A DNA stretch of 64,000 nucleotides from a virus: the IMG/VR virus record IMGVR_UViG_3300005281_000068, positions 16,253 through 80,252 of that record. The stretch is one strand, 5' to 3'. Numbering within the stretch: position 1 is the first letter of the stretch; every line of letters begins with the position of its first letter. Shown piece by piece: positions 20,165 through 30,493 of this stretch. The position numbers and the translations under genes were made by a program. The notes below the pieces were generated by a model. The model made no database searches. It worked only from the letters and a program-made list of their open reading frames with translations, and was not told the DNA's origin.

Positions 20165-20770
20165 ATGTCTATTATAGGTTTTGATATTGATGATACAGTC
20201 GCAGATGGACTTAAAATTTTTGTTGAAACTCAAAATAAATTCTTTAATTCAAACGTTACAATTGAAAAAATTAAAGAATCACAATTAAATCATAATATTC
20301 ATCAATTATATGGTTTAACTAAAGAAGAATTCGAAAGGTACACCATAGATACTGGACCTAAAATTCTTCCAAAACTTAAACCATTTGATGGAATTGTGGA
20401 AGTTGTTAATCATTTTTATAATGAAGGTCATACAATATATTTTATTACAGCTAGACCAGAACATAATACCAAATATTTAACTAAAGAATGGTTAGATAAT
20501 AATGGTTTTTTATATCATCAAATTTATCATGATAAATATAAAGTTGATTTATGTAAAAAATTAGGAATATCAATTTTTATAGATGATCATATTGGTATTA
20601 TTAATAATATGAATCAACAAGGAATAAATTGCATATTAGTTGAGTTTTATAAAAATAATATGTTAGACATTGATGATAGAATTAAAAGAGCTACTAATTC
20701 TTTAGAGATTTTTAATTATATTGAGCAGTTTATACAAGAGGAGAATAAAAATGAAACTAGTGAAATTTAA
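20165..20770 (+). CDS. HAD-family 5'(3')-deoxyribonucleotidase-like protein
   Basis: GFDIDDTV, FITAR, K, FIDD motifs. Confidence 0.88.
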   Translation: MSIIGFDIDDTVADGLKIFVETQNKFFNSNVTIEKIKESQLNHNIHQLYGLTKEEFERYTIDTGPKILPKLKPFDGIVEVVNHFYNEGHTIYFITARPEHNTKYLTKEWLDNNGFLYHQIYHDKYKVDLCKKLGISIFIDDHIGIINNMNQQGINCILVEFYKNNMLDIDDRIKRATNSLEIFNYIEQFIQEENKNETSEI

Positions 20771-21974
20771 TAATGGTTTTGAAATCTACACGAAAGAAAA
20801 TAAAGATGCTAAAACAGTTACATTTAGTATTTATGCTAAAGTTGGTTCTTTTAATGAAGAGTCTCATTTTGGGATAGCACATTTTTTAGAACATATGGTT
20901 TTTAAAGGAACAACAAATAGAAATGCAGCTCAAATCATTGAAGATGTTGAAAATTATGGTGGAGTTGTAAATGCTGAAACTAGTTTTAATTATACTAGAT
21001 ATTATGTAACCATGCCAAAAGAATACTGGAAAAAAGGAGCCGACGTTATTTGTGATATTTTGTTTAATTCTAATTTTCCAGAAGATGAATTTAAATTAGA
21101 GAAAAAAGTAGTTCAAGAAGAATTAAAAATGTATAATGACAATCCAGAAAGTTATGTTTCAGAATTGCTTTTTAAAGAAATGTTTAAAAGTTATCCAGAA
21201 AGACAAACTATCGGTGGAACTATTGATAGTGTTGAAAGTATAACTATTCAAAACTTGATTGACTTTAAAGATAAATTTTATCAACCCAATAATATGTTTG
21301 CCGTTGTTACTGGAAATATCAATACAGAAGACGTGGTTGAATTTTTATCTTTTATTAAAGATATTAAAAATAAAAATGAATCTATAGATATTAATAATGA
21401 TTTTAAACCTGATATTTTGGATTCACAGACAGTTACAAAAAGAAAAAATATTGAACAAAGTCATTTAATATGGGGTCTTTTTGTAGCTCCAGAAAACAAC
21501 AAAGAATCTTATGCATTAAAAGTCGCATCCGTGATATTGGGTGGTAATGCCAGTTCAAGATTATATAGAATTATAAGAGAACAAAAAGGGTTGGCATATA
21601 CTGTATCAACTCATTATTTTTCAATGATTGATTGTGCTATAATTGAGGGCTATGCTGGTTTAGAGTCAAAATCAATTGATGAGGTTAAAGAAATTGTAGT
21701 TGAACAATTTGAAGATTTAAGAAATAATTTGGTTTCAGATGAAGAATTAAATAGAGCTATCGCATATTTTAATGGTAAACAAGCTATAAGATTAGATAAC
21801 CTTACTTCTATTAATGGATATGTTGGTCAATCTATTATTTTAGGAGTTTCAACTGATCCAGAATATCATTTAGAACAAATTAGAAATGTAACAAAACAAG
21901 ATATACAAAATGTAGCTATAAAATATTTTACACCAGATAATTGGCAATTTGCAGAATTATTACCAATCAATTAA
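20751..21974 (+). CDS. M16 family zinc peptidase
   Basis: GIAHFLEHMVFKGT inverted zincin, SSRLY..IREQKGLAY. Confidence 0.95.
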   Translation: MKLVKFNNGFEIYTKENKDAKTVTFSIYAKVGSFNEESHFGIAHFLEHMVFKGTTNRNAAQIIEDVENYGGVVNAETSFNYTRYYVTMPKEYWKKGADVICDILFNSNFPEDEFKLEKKVVQEELKMYNDNPESYVSELLFKEMFKSYPERQTIGGTIDSVESITIQNLIDFKDKFYQPNNMFAVVTGNINTEDVVEFLSFIKDIKNKNESIDINNDFKPDILDSQTVTKRKNIEQSHLIWGLFVAPENNKESYALKVASVILGGNASSRLYRIIREQKGLAYTVSTHYFSMIDCAIIEGYAGLESKSIDEVKEIVVEQFEDLRNNLVSDEELNRAIAYFNGKQAIRLDNLTSINGYVGQSIILGVSTDPEYHLEQIRNVTKQDIQNVAIKYFTPDNWQFAELLPIN

Positions 21975-22063
21975 AAAAAACTAGTATTTGGCATATTATA
22001 TTTTTAGCAATTAAACTTAAATTGCGGAGTAATTGCTCTGCAATTATTTTTATGGAGGAAAGT

Positions 22064-22642
22064 ATGGAAAATTTGAATAAAAATTACACTAATGAAGATT
22101 TTGAAAAAGAGGGTTTACCCCTAGAAGATGATTATGATATTATAAAAAATGATCCTAATAGAATGTGGTTTAAGTATGAGGATAAAATTAGAAAAATTAC
22201 AAATAGCTTAGGGTATTGGAAAAATTTCGATCCAGATGAATTATATCAACAATCTTATATTTATTTTATTGATTTTTGTGAAAATTACAATCCTTATTAT
22301 AATGGTAATTTTTACCCATTTGACAAATATTTATTTAAGAATTTAATTATAAAATTAAGAGCATATATTCAAAGTTATTATTTCAAAAGAAAAAGAGAAC
22401 AACCTACAGAATTTTCAGAATATTTAATGGGTTCTAAAGAACATACTGATGTAGATGATAAAATGTTTATTGAATATATTTATTCATTAATATCAGATAG
22501 ACAAGAACAAGTATTAAAATTATCTATAAATGGTTTTAAACAACAAGAAATTGGAGAATTGCTTGATATTAGTCAGAGTAGGGTTTCAGTAATTAAAAAG
22601 AAAACTCTTAAAAAATTAAAAGAAAAACTTCATCAAGAATAA
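22064..22642 (+). CDS. phage sigma-70-family sigma factor
   Basis: DELYQQSYIYF region-2-like; ISDRQEQVL...KQQEIGELLDISQSRVS region 4 HTH. Confidence 0.8.
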   Translation: MENLNKNYTNEDFEKEGLPLEDDYDIIKNDPNRMWFKYEDKIRKITNSLGYWKNFDPDELYQQSYIYFIDFCENYNPYYNGNFYPFDKYLFKNLIIKLRAYIQSYYFKRKREQPTEFSEYLMGSKEHTDVDDKMFIEYIYSLISDRQEQVLKLSINGFKQQEIGELLDISQSRVSVIKKKTLKKLKEKLHQE

Positions 22643-22713
22643 TAATTAGTTATAATAAACACCTTATAAAAATTTATTGTTTATAAAACTAGATTAATTT
22701 GTGGGGTGTTTTA

Positions 22714-23505
22714 ATGATAAGAAGAACAAACGACTTTAATTATTTTTCAGATGATGTTCTTAAAAAAATAGCTAAAGTTATAGAGAATAAAGAAAACAAC
22801 AAATTATATGATGTTTATGATAATGAAGATAAAGCTAGATTGGTTAAAGCTGAATTAAAAGTAAAAGGAATACATTCAACTATTAACAAAAAAGGTGATA
22901 AATACGAAGTTATCATTAATAAAAATGAATCCATTCTACTTGATGAAGCTGAAAAAAGTGGTCAGTTCAAAAAAATAGCATGGGGAAGATATTCTTTCCA
23001 AAGAGAATCAGGAATTGGAATGTTTAATTATGATTTTAATGATGGTTCAATTTGGAGAGTTTCTCAGGATGAACATGGAAATGCTATTTTAATTAAAGAA
23101 GTTGATGATGAAGATGAAGATAATGTCATTAGAAATAGTCCATCCCAAACTAATGTTAAAGTTGCTAGTTCAAATAAATTTTCTTTTGTAAATAAAGAAA
23201 CAATGAGTAGAGTTGCTAGTGTGATGTTTGGACCTCAAAATGAAAAATGGATGAATATGATATTATCTTCTGATTCTAGTTATTCAATTATGGAAAAACT
23301 TAACTTAGAATTTGATAATATCGTGAATCAAAAAATAGCGAGCTTAAATATCACTAGTGATAAAGACATTAAAGAATTAAAAAAATTAATATTTGTAGCT
23401 TTATTTGAAGAAATTGATTCAATGGAGAAATTGGATAGTTTGTGTAATGAATATATTCAATATAAAATAAAAGAAGCAGGAAAACAAAGAAAATATTTTT
23501 CTTAA
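22714..23505 (+). CDS. putative virion head-associated protein
   Basis: Position upstream of portal; repeated K-x-A(S) motifs. Confidence 0.55.
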   Translation: MIRRTNDFNYFSDDVLKKIAKVIENKENNKLYDVYDNEDKARLVKAELKVKGIHSTINKKGDKYEVIINKNESILLDEAEKSGQFKKIAWGRYSFQRESGIGMFNYDFNDGSIWRVSQDEHGNAILIKEVDDEDEDNVIRNSPSQTNVKVASSNKFSFVNKETMSRVASVMFGPQNEKWMNMILSSDSSYSIMEKLNLEFDNIVNQKIASLNITSDKDIKELKKLIFVALFEEIDSMEKLDSLCNEYIQYKIKEAGKQRKYFS

Positions 23506-23521
23506 TTTGTGGGAGGTAATT

Positions 23522-24553
23522 ATGAATAGAGTTAAAAAAGCGTTAAACAATACTTCAAATCTACCTTCTAGTTATACTACAAAAGATTATGGACTTTCAG
23601 ATTTGAATTGGGAAGATAGTGGGGGAACTTTTACTGAACCAAAAAAAATCGAAGATCCCTCAATAAATGATTATATAAAGGGGTATCAAATGGAACCATA
23701 CGAATTTAAACAATATGCAAATAAATTACACAAAGTTGAAAAAGGTGATACTATTTATAGTATTGCTAAAAAATATTATAATGATGAAAAATATGCACAA
23801 AAAATCGTTGAAATGAATGATAGTTTAATTGTCGATATGAAACCAGGTTATATGCTTATAATTGGACAAGAAGAAAGAACAAAAACCGCTGGAAAAGAAA
23901 TTAGAGATATTTCTTACACTCCTGAAAATATCGCCATAGAAATTTTAACTTTGTGGAAACAAGTTGATGGTCCTCTTCAAAATTTCTTTGATGCTTTTAC
24001 TATGAACAAAACAACTAATGAAATGAAAATTCAAATAGCTAACTGTTTAGCTTCTATGGGATATAATGTTGTTCCAGTTTTAGTGGATGAAACTCCTAAA
24101 TATGCTTCAGCGTATGTTAATTTTTCAAAGTTAGCATCTTCAAAAAGACCAAAAACAATTGTAGATAATTTACTTAAGATTTTCCCAAAATCAAAAGTTT
24201 TAAGTAAAGTGGCTGAAGAAATAAGAGATTTAAAAAAATATGAAAAAGAAGATGTTATGGGACTATTAGATTATTATAAAAAAATATTCCCAGATGATTA
24301 TGCCAATTCTTTAGTTGATATAACTTTTAATAACCCAAAAGTTAGTTTTGAAGAATTTAAAGATATTCAAATTTCCGATGAAGCTTTAGAACAAATGGAA
24401 AAAATGGATAGTGGAAATCAAAATCCTACAAGTAAAAATCCTAAAGATGGAGGATTTGGAGGATATGATTTTACTACTCAAATGAGACCAGATGGTCCGG
24501 GAGGAGTTGCTCCTAATTTTTATGAAACAAGAGCTAACTTAAAAAAAAAATAG
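23522..24553 (+). CDS. LysM-domain protein, putative virion component
   Basis: HKVEKGDTIYSIAKKYY...IVEMN...MKPGYMLII. Confidence 0.8.
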   Translation: MNRVKKALNNTSNLPSSYTTKDYGLSDLNWEDSGGTFTEPKKIEDPSINDYIKGYQMEPYEFKQYANKLHKVEKGDTIYSIAKKYYNDEKYAQKIVEMNDSLIVDMKPGYMLIIGQEERTKTAGKEIRDISYTPENIAIEILTLWKQVDGPLQNFFDAFTMNKTTNEMKIQIANCLASMGYNVVPVLVDETPKYASAYVNFSKLASSKRPKTIVDNLLKIFPKSKVLSKVAEEIRDLKKYEKEDVMGLLDYYKKIFPDDYANSLVDITFNNPKVSFEEFKDIQISDEALEQMEKMDSGNQNPTSKNPKDGGFGGYDFTTQMRPDGPGGVAPNFYETRANLKKK

Positions 24554-24573
24554 TTGCTGAAGAGATAGAAACT

Positions 24574-24945
24574 ATGCCAATTGATCTTGTTTTGGATGTT
24601 TTATCTTTGGCAGCTAAAAGTGTTTCAGAAACTTTATCTTTGAAACTAGAAGTCCCTCCAGTACCATTAAAAACAGTTAAAAAGAAAGTTCCTAACAATA
24701 ATGAAGAACAAAATTCTTCTATTCCTGAAGGATATAAAATACCCGCTAAAAGAGACAATATATTTGAAATTTGGAAGATTTTTTTGGAGGATAACCCTGA
24801 GAAAATTACAGAAGCTTATGTTATATTAAATGGAGATTTTGTAGATCAAGGTTATAAAAAAGGAATTTGGGAGAATATTGAATATAAAGGATTTTACACA
24901 ACTTTAGAAGAAGCTCAAAATGAAATAAGTGGGTATTTAGATTAA
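24574..24945 (+). CDS. hypothetical protein (possibly the C-terminal extension of the LysM protein via A10 slip)
   Basis: -1 frame open from 24538 across the A10 run; weak RBS. Confidence 0.6.
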   Translation: MPIDLVLDVLSLAAKSVSETLSLKLEVPPVPLKTVKKKVPNNNEEQNSSIPEGYKIPAKRDNIFEIWKIFLEDNPEKITEAYVILNGDFVDQGYKKGIWENIEYKGFYTTLEEAQNEISGYLD

Positions 24946-24993
24946 TTGAATAGGGGGGATTTATTTCCCCCAATTTTATGTGGAGGTATTTTA

Positions 24994-27762
24994 ATGGCAA
25001 AGTTTACTACTACAAATTCAAATTTGTTTAATAATAACAATAAAGAATATATTCCAGACTGGATGAAAAATATTACTGATAATTTAAGTGTTGAGCAAAA
25101 ACAATCTTTAGATATAGATTTTGAAAAAAGAGGGGTTTTTGCTGAAAATCAAAAAGTTTACAGAGAAGAAATTACTGCTGACCCAAGAGATTTAAAAAAT
25201 CATTATGGTGAATCTAAACTGTTATCGGATTCAAAAATTATGTTGGCTAAATTTCTTTCTGGAAAATACTATAAAATTGTAAATGAAAATTTAGGTTTGG
25301 ATAGTATTACTTTAGATGTTAAAATAGATGGAATTCCGGCTACTTTTAATTTTCCTTATGAAGTAAAAGCTTCAAAATTAAGACAATCCGATGTATTTTA
25401 CGCTGATGGTTACGAATATCCATTTAGTAAAGCTGGTCTAAATGAATGTTTAGTTGATATTAAAAGCGGAAATGTTAAAACTGCATCTAAACCAGAAGCA
25501 GTGGGTAAAGTTTATGTTATTAGTAGAGAAGAAATTATTAGAAGATTTAATGGTTCCTTAAGACAAGCTACTGATAAAATTAATCAATTTCTAAATGAAG
25601 GTGCAATAGTAGGGGCTGGTAGTAACAGTTATGCTTCTTATATGGATGTTGATCAATTGTTTCCTCAATTAGAGAAACAAGTTGCTGAAGAAAAATTACC
25701 TGAGTTTCATTTTGCTCCTAATTCAGAACATGTTAAAGCTCAAGAATTTAAATCTGCTAGTGTCTTATCAGTTGAAGCTGCTAATATACTTAATAAAAAT
25801 TTTAAAGATTTTACTATTTTAAGTAGTGAAAGAAATAATGATAAATTAACAGTAAAAGCTAGTGTATTAGGTGATTCTGGAGTTAGATATAATTCAGATT
25901 TTATTTTTAATATTGAAAACGAAAAAGTAAAATCAGCTCTAGAAGTTAAAAATAATAAATCTTCAATAGAATTTAATCAATTTGTTAAAATTGCTAATTC
26001 TATTAATGATGAGGCACTAAATAAATATCATTTAACCAATAAAGTCAATAATAAAATTCGTAAAGGTTCTGTTTTAACTAAGAAAGATATTGAATCTAAA
26101 TTATTTAAAATAGTTTCTGCATCAAAAATAGATGATGTTATTAATAATTGGATTGATAATGGTTTAATTAAACCATTAAACAGTTATTCATACGCGACAG
26201 ATTATTCTTTTGAAGAAATACTTAATTTATCTAAGTTAGCTATTATGAGTGATGATGATGTTCAAGAAATAGAACAATATGAAAAACATTTTGGGAATGG
26301 TATAGAGATAGATACAGATAATGAGAAACCCCAAAATATTGTAAGAGAAATAGAAGAAAATTGCGATGATAATACTAGATTGTTTAATGCTAATAGTTAT
26401 ATTAGTAAATTATTAAAACAATATAAAGTTGCATCTTTTAATAAAATTTCTGATAATCAATATAATTTAAATATTGAGTTTCTTAATAAAAAAACTGGTA
26501 CAAGACACAAAGTTCATTTTGAAATAAATTTTGAAGGATCAAAAGTTGCATCTTGCTATGCTAATATTAATGGAAAAAAAGTTAGTCTAAATAAATTGGC
26601 TGATTCATTTAATAATAGTAAACTTTTATCTGCGTACGTGCAAGATAAGAAAGGCTTAATGGCTGGTCCTATTGTTATTTCTAAAAAAGAAATGAAAAAA
26701 CAATTATCTACAATTATTTCATCTTCCAAATTAGACGAAGTTATATCATCTTTTGTTAAAAATAAATTAGCTTCAGTTATAAATGGAGATATTATTACTA
26801 GTGATAAATCATTAACTGAATTGATAGCTACTATTCCTGATGATTATATGATTAGCGAAGATGAGAAAAATGAGATTGAATATAGAAAAAGACATTTTGG
26901 TAAAGAAATTAAAATGAATGTTGATTCAAAAATAGAAGATACTGGAATTAGAGAAGCTGAAGAATCTTGGAGTCCAGAAAGAAAAGCTGTCGAAGCAAAA
27001 AGACAATTAAGTAAATTGTTCAAATCAATAAAAGTTACCAATATTGAAGAAAATCAATCAAAATATAAAGTTGAAGCTAGTTTTATCAACCCAATCGGAG
27101 GTTCTGAACTATCTTTAATGTTTAGTTTTGATATTGAAGATAATAAATTAGGTAAATTAAGTTCTGTTATTGATAAAGATGGACAAGAATTTGAGATTTC
27201 TAAAATTAATGAAGTTTTATCTAAAAATTCTTCAGAGGTTGGTAAATTTTTCTCATCTCAAAATGGAGTTTTTGAAGGGAAAAGCAATGTAATGATTAGT
27301 AAAGCTAATTTAACAAACAAATTAAAAGCAGTTGTTAGTTCTTCAAAAGTCGATAATATTATTAATAAAATGATCGAAAGTAATGCTATCCAACCAATCA
27401 ATTCAGTCACTTTTGCTAGTGAATATACTGTTTCTGAATTAGTTAATAAATTTGCTTCATATATGAATTTAGATGAAGGAAAAGAAGAATTTTCTCGTTC
27501 AATTAGAAATGATCATAAATTATCCTTAGATGGAAAATACGTTATGGATAATGATAGTAGAAAATTACAAGCTACTATTAGAGAACTTTCTCCTCAAATG
27601 ATATTGGTTAAAGAAAAGTTAATTAAATCTATAAATGATGCTGCTAACTCTAAAAAAATAACATCTAAAAAACAAAATCTATTTATACAAGCTTTAGAAA
27701 ATGCTAAAACGATTCAAGATTTAGAAGCTATCTCAGTTCAATTTAACCAATATATTAAATAG
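24994..27762 (+). CDS. large internally repeated putative head protein
   Basis: GGAGG RBS; about four diverged ~200-aa repeats. Confidence 0.75.
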   Translation: MAKFTTTNSNLFNNNNKEYIPDWMKNITDNLSVEQKQSLDIDFEKRGVFAENQKVYREEITADPRDLKNHYGESKLLSDSKIMLAKFLSGKYYKIVNENLGLDSITLDVKIDGIPATFNFPYEVKASKLRQSDVFYADGYEYPFSKAGLNECLVDIKSGNVKTASKPEAVGKVYVISREEIIRRFNGSLRQATDKINQFLNEGAIVGAGSNSYASYMDVDQLFPQLEKQVAEEKLPEFHFAPNSEHVKAQEFKSASVLSVEAANILNKNFKDFTILSSERNNDKLTVKASVLGDSGVRYNSDFIFNIENEKVKSALEVKNNKSSIEFNQFVKIANSINDEALNKYHLTNKVNNKIRKGSVLTKKDIESKLFKIVSASKIDDVINNWIDNGLIKPLNSYSYATDYSFEEILNLSKLAIMSDDDVQEIEQYEKHFGNGIEIDTDNEKPQNIVREIEENCDDNTRLFNANSYISKLLKQYKVASFNKISDNQYNLNIEFLNKKTGTRHKVHFEINFEGSKVASCYANINGKKVSLNKLADSFNNSKLLSAYVQDKKGLMAGPIVISKKEMKKQLSTIISSSKLDEVISSFVKNKLASVINGDIITSDKSLTELIATIPDDYMISEDEKNEIEYRKRHFGKEIKMNVDSKIEDTGIREAEESWSPERKAVEAKRQLSKLFKSIKVTNIEENQSKYKVEASFINPIGGSELSLMFSFDIEDNKLGKLSSVIDKDGQEFEISKINEVLSKNSSEVGKFFSSQNGVFEGKSNVMISKANLTNKLKAVVSSSKVDNIINKMIESNAIQPINSVTFASEYTVSELVNKFASYMNLDEGKEEFSRSIRNDHKLSLDGKYVMDNDSRKLQATIRELSPQMILVKEKLIKSINDAANSKKITSKKQNLFIQALENAKTIQDLEAISVQFNQYIK

Positions 27763-27776
27763 GAGTGAATTAATTT

Positions 27777-28094
27777 ATGGATAGAAACAATGTTAAAATC
27801 ACTGATAAAACACGTTGGATAGACCAACGTGTTTCTATCAATCAACCAACAGGTATAGATTATGAACAGTTATCAAAAAAAATAGATAATAAGAAAGATT
27901 TAAGAAAAAAATCTTATAAGATTGAAGATTTGAATTTAAATGAAAATCAATCATTAAAAGATATAGATAAAAAAAGCATAATTCCAATTCCTGGAATGCT
28001 TATTGATATTGAAAATAGTAATTCAGATACTAGACCTCCAGATAGTGATTGGATAGCTCCTCATGGTCCGCAATGGGGTCCCATGACGTTATAA
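27777..28094 (+). CDS. hypothetical protein
   Basis: 105-aa ORF with AGGAG RBS. Confidence 0.65.
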   Translation: MDRNNVKITDKTRWIDQRVSINQPTGIDYEQLSKKIDNKKDLRKKSYKIEDLNLNENQSLKDIDKKSIIPIPGMLIDIENSNSDTRPPDSDWIAPHGPQWGPMTL

Positions 28095-28103
28095 GGTGAA
28101 AAT

Positions 28104-28484
28104 ATGAGCAGGTTAAAAAGAAATAAAGATTGTTTAATAAAAAAAGCTTCTTATGTTATGGATGTTCATAATATTATTTTAAAAAGTGGAGATGTAGTAG
28201 GTATTTCAGTTAGGACTGTTAATTGGAAACCTTGGTTTCAAGTTTATTTAGAATATGGCGCTGGAGAGGCTAGTTCTTTTTATGATGGTCCAGATAAAGA
28301 TAAGGCTTTTAGAATGTATATGGATATATTAACAGCTTTTAAAGGAGTTTCTGAAGCTGAAAAATTCAAAAAGTCAATACCACAATATGACGATATGATT
28401 GAAAAATCTTTTGCACATCCAACTAGAGAATATCATAATTTAATTATGAAATCTCCTAAGTTTTTAGGTATTAATGATTTTTAA
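28104..28484 (+). CDS. hypothetical protein with basic N-terminal motif
   Basis: MSRLKR...IKKAS; AAGGTG RBS. Confidence 0.7.
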   Translation: MSRLKRNKDCLIKKASYVMDVHNIILKSGDVVGISVRTVNWKPWFQVYLEYGAGEASSFYDGPDKDKAFRMYMDILTAFKGVSEAEKFKKSIPQYDDMIEKSFAHPTREYHNLIMKSPKFLGINDF

Positions 28485-28495
28485 GGAGAATTTAT

Positions 28496-28693
28496 ATGAA
28501 AAAATCAAGATTACGAAAAATTGCAGAACAATCTGGAGATTTACCTATTGGTTTAATTATGAACAGTCCAGAGGAGAAAGTTGATAATAAAGATGAATTA
28601 ACAGATATAACTTATGGTCCTTCAATATCAAGGGAATGGGAATTTGAAAAATTAAGAGATAATAATGAATGGAATTTATTATCTAATAATTAA
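28496..28693 (+). CDS. small protein with basic N-terminal motif
   Basis: MKKSRLRKIAE; AAGGAG RBS. Confidence 0.65.
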   Translation: MKKSRLRKIAEQSGDLPIGLIMNSPEEKVDNKDELTDITYGPSISREWEFEKLRDNNEWNLLSNN

Positions 28694-28766
28694 TATTTTT
28701 TGTTATATATTAAACTTTTTATTCTATATTAAATATAGTTTAACACAAATATTTGAGGTGAAATTA

Positions 28767-29771
28767 ATGAGAAAAGATACAGATAAATTTGTTAGTAAAA
28801 GTAGTGGTTTAGCTTCTTGGTTAGACGATTTTGTAAGTTCATTATCTAAATCAAATAAAAAAATTGCTTCTAAAGAAGAAGTTACTGCTGATTTTGAAGA
28901 AAATCAAGTTGAAACAGTTGAAGATGATATTATAACTGCTGAAATTAACGTTAAAGATTTACAAAAAGTAACATGGAATGATGAAACTTTTTACGTTAAT
29001 TTTACAGATAAAGGTGCAACTGTACTTAATGAATTTGGTAACACAGTTCAAAATATTGAGAATGCAAAAACTTTAGAAGAAGTTGATAATTTCTTAAATA
29101 GTCAACAAATTATTGCTGAAACAGATGATGAAATTAAAATTGAAGCTGAAGCTGAATTTGAAGAAGAAATCAATTCTGTCGTAAACGGAATAGATGAAAA
29201 TGAAGAAGTTTTGGCATCAAAAGAAGAAAATTCTTATGAAGATGGTAAAGTTTTAGAAGCTATTATTAATGGTTTTGAGGAATTAGAAAAAAGAATTGAT
29301 AGTTTATCAAAGAAAGTAGCAATTGTTGAACAAACATATGCTAGAAACCCTTCTTTTGAAAATGAAGATAATGAAATTGCAGAACAAGAAGTAAAACATT
29401 TTACTGAAAATGCAGATAAAACAAGTGAACAAATTAAGAATGAACAAAACATAGACATTACTACTCCTCAAGGTAGAGTAGAATTATCTAAAAATAAAAG
29501 TTTAGAAGATCAAATAGTTGATAACGAAATCGAGAATAATTCAGAGCAAACTATTGAACAAAATGATGATGATGAAGATTTATGTGTTGAAAAACTTAGT
29601 GGTGTTGAAGAAAAAATATTCCAAAATGGTATTTGTCCAAAAACTGGTGAACAATTAGTTAAATCTTCAAAAGTTGTTGGTGATTTTCTAGGAATATATT
29701 CTCCAATTGGAAAAACAGAATATGCAGTTAATTTAAATACTGGTGAAATTTATTTTCATAAATCAAAATAA
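28767..29771 (+). CDS. acidic putative prohead core/scaffold-like protein
   Basis: GAGGTG RBS; very acidic; shares a DxTTPxGR segment with 38569-39981. Confidence 0.7.
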   Translation: MRKDTDKFVSKSSGLASWLDDFVSSLSKSNKKIASKEEVTADFEENQVETVEDDIITAEINVKDLQKVTWNDETFYVNFTDKGATVLNEFGNTVQNIENAKTLEEVDNFLNSQQIIAETDDEIKIEAEAEFEEEINSVVNGIDENEEVLASKEENSYEDGKVLEAIINGFEELEKRIDSLSKKVAIVEQTYARNPSFENEDNEIAEQEVKHFTENADKTSEQIKNEQNIDITTPQGRVELSKNKSLEDQIVDNEIENNSEQTIEQNDDDEDLCVEKLSGVEEKIFQNGICPKTGEQLVKSSKVVGDFLGIYSPIGKTEYAVNLNTGEIYFHKSK

Positions 29772-29785
29772 GGGAGTTTATTAAA

Positions 29786-29923
29786 ATGAAAGATAAAAGA
29801 ATTAATTCTGAAATTCTTTTTATAAAAGGAAATAGAGTTCCAGGTTATAATTTTGAAGATATGAAAATTAATAAAAAAGAAAATAATAAAAAAATAGATT
29901 TAAGAAATAAAAATAAAGATTAA
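29786..29923 (+). CDS. small hypothetical protein (45 aa)
   Basis: AGGGAG RBS, open frame MKDKRINSEILFIKGNRVPGYNFEDM... Confidence 0.45.
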   Translation: MKDKRINSEILFIKGNRVPGYNFEDMKINKKENNKKIDLRNKNKD

Positions 29924-29976
29924 ACTTTTTAAAGTTATTGCATATATAATCATATATAAAATATTTTATAGGGGAT

Positions 29977-30342
29977 TTGTTAATGCAAAAAAGAAGAATG
30001 AAAAGTTTGTATAAAGATAATAATTTAGGCGTAAATGAAGATTTATCTGATGTTTTAGATGATGATTTAATGGAATTGTTTGATGATTTAATTATAAAAA
30101 AGAAAAATATAGTTTCAAAAAAATCCAATCTTAAATCTAAATCGAGATTTAAGATTGGAGATCAAGTAAATGTTAACAATACTTTTGGAACTATAATATA
30201 TGGTCCATATAAATCATCTAATAATAAAGATACTTATGAAATAGAAACAGAAGAAAATCAAATTATTACTGCTGAAGATAATGGAGATAATATAACTCCG
30301 TATGTTCCAGTTATTGAGGAACAAGAAGATGATATTTTTTAA
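29977..30342 (+). CDS. hypothetical protein with SH3/KOW-like domain
   Basis: FKIGDQVNV...GTII...YEIE; terminator follows. Confidence 0.6.
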   Translation: MLMQKRRMKSLYKDNNLGVNEDLSDVLDDDLMELFDDLIIKKKNIVSKKSNLKSKSRFKIGDQVNVNNTFGTIIYGPYKSSNNKDTYEIETEENQIITAEDNGDNITPYVPVIEEQEDDIF

Positions 30343-30493
30343 AGTCAGAGTTTTCTGACTTTTTTATTTTTTCTTAAAATAATAAGATTTAGAATATGTA
30401 TTTATTAAAATATAAGAAAATAAATTTAACTTAACTTTAAATTATGCATATAAAATTTATAAAGAAATTTGAAAGGGACGGTGTATTAGTTCC

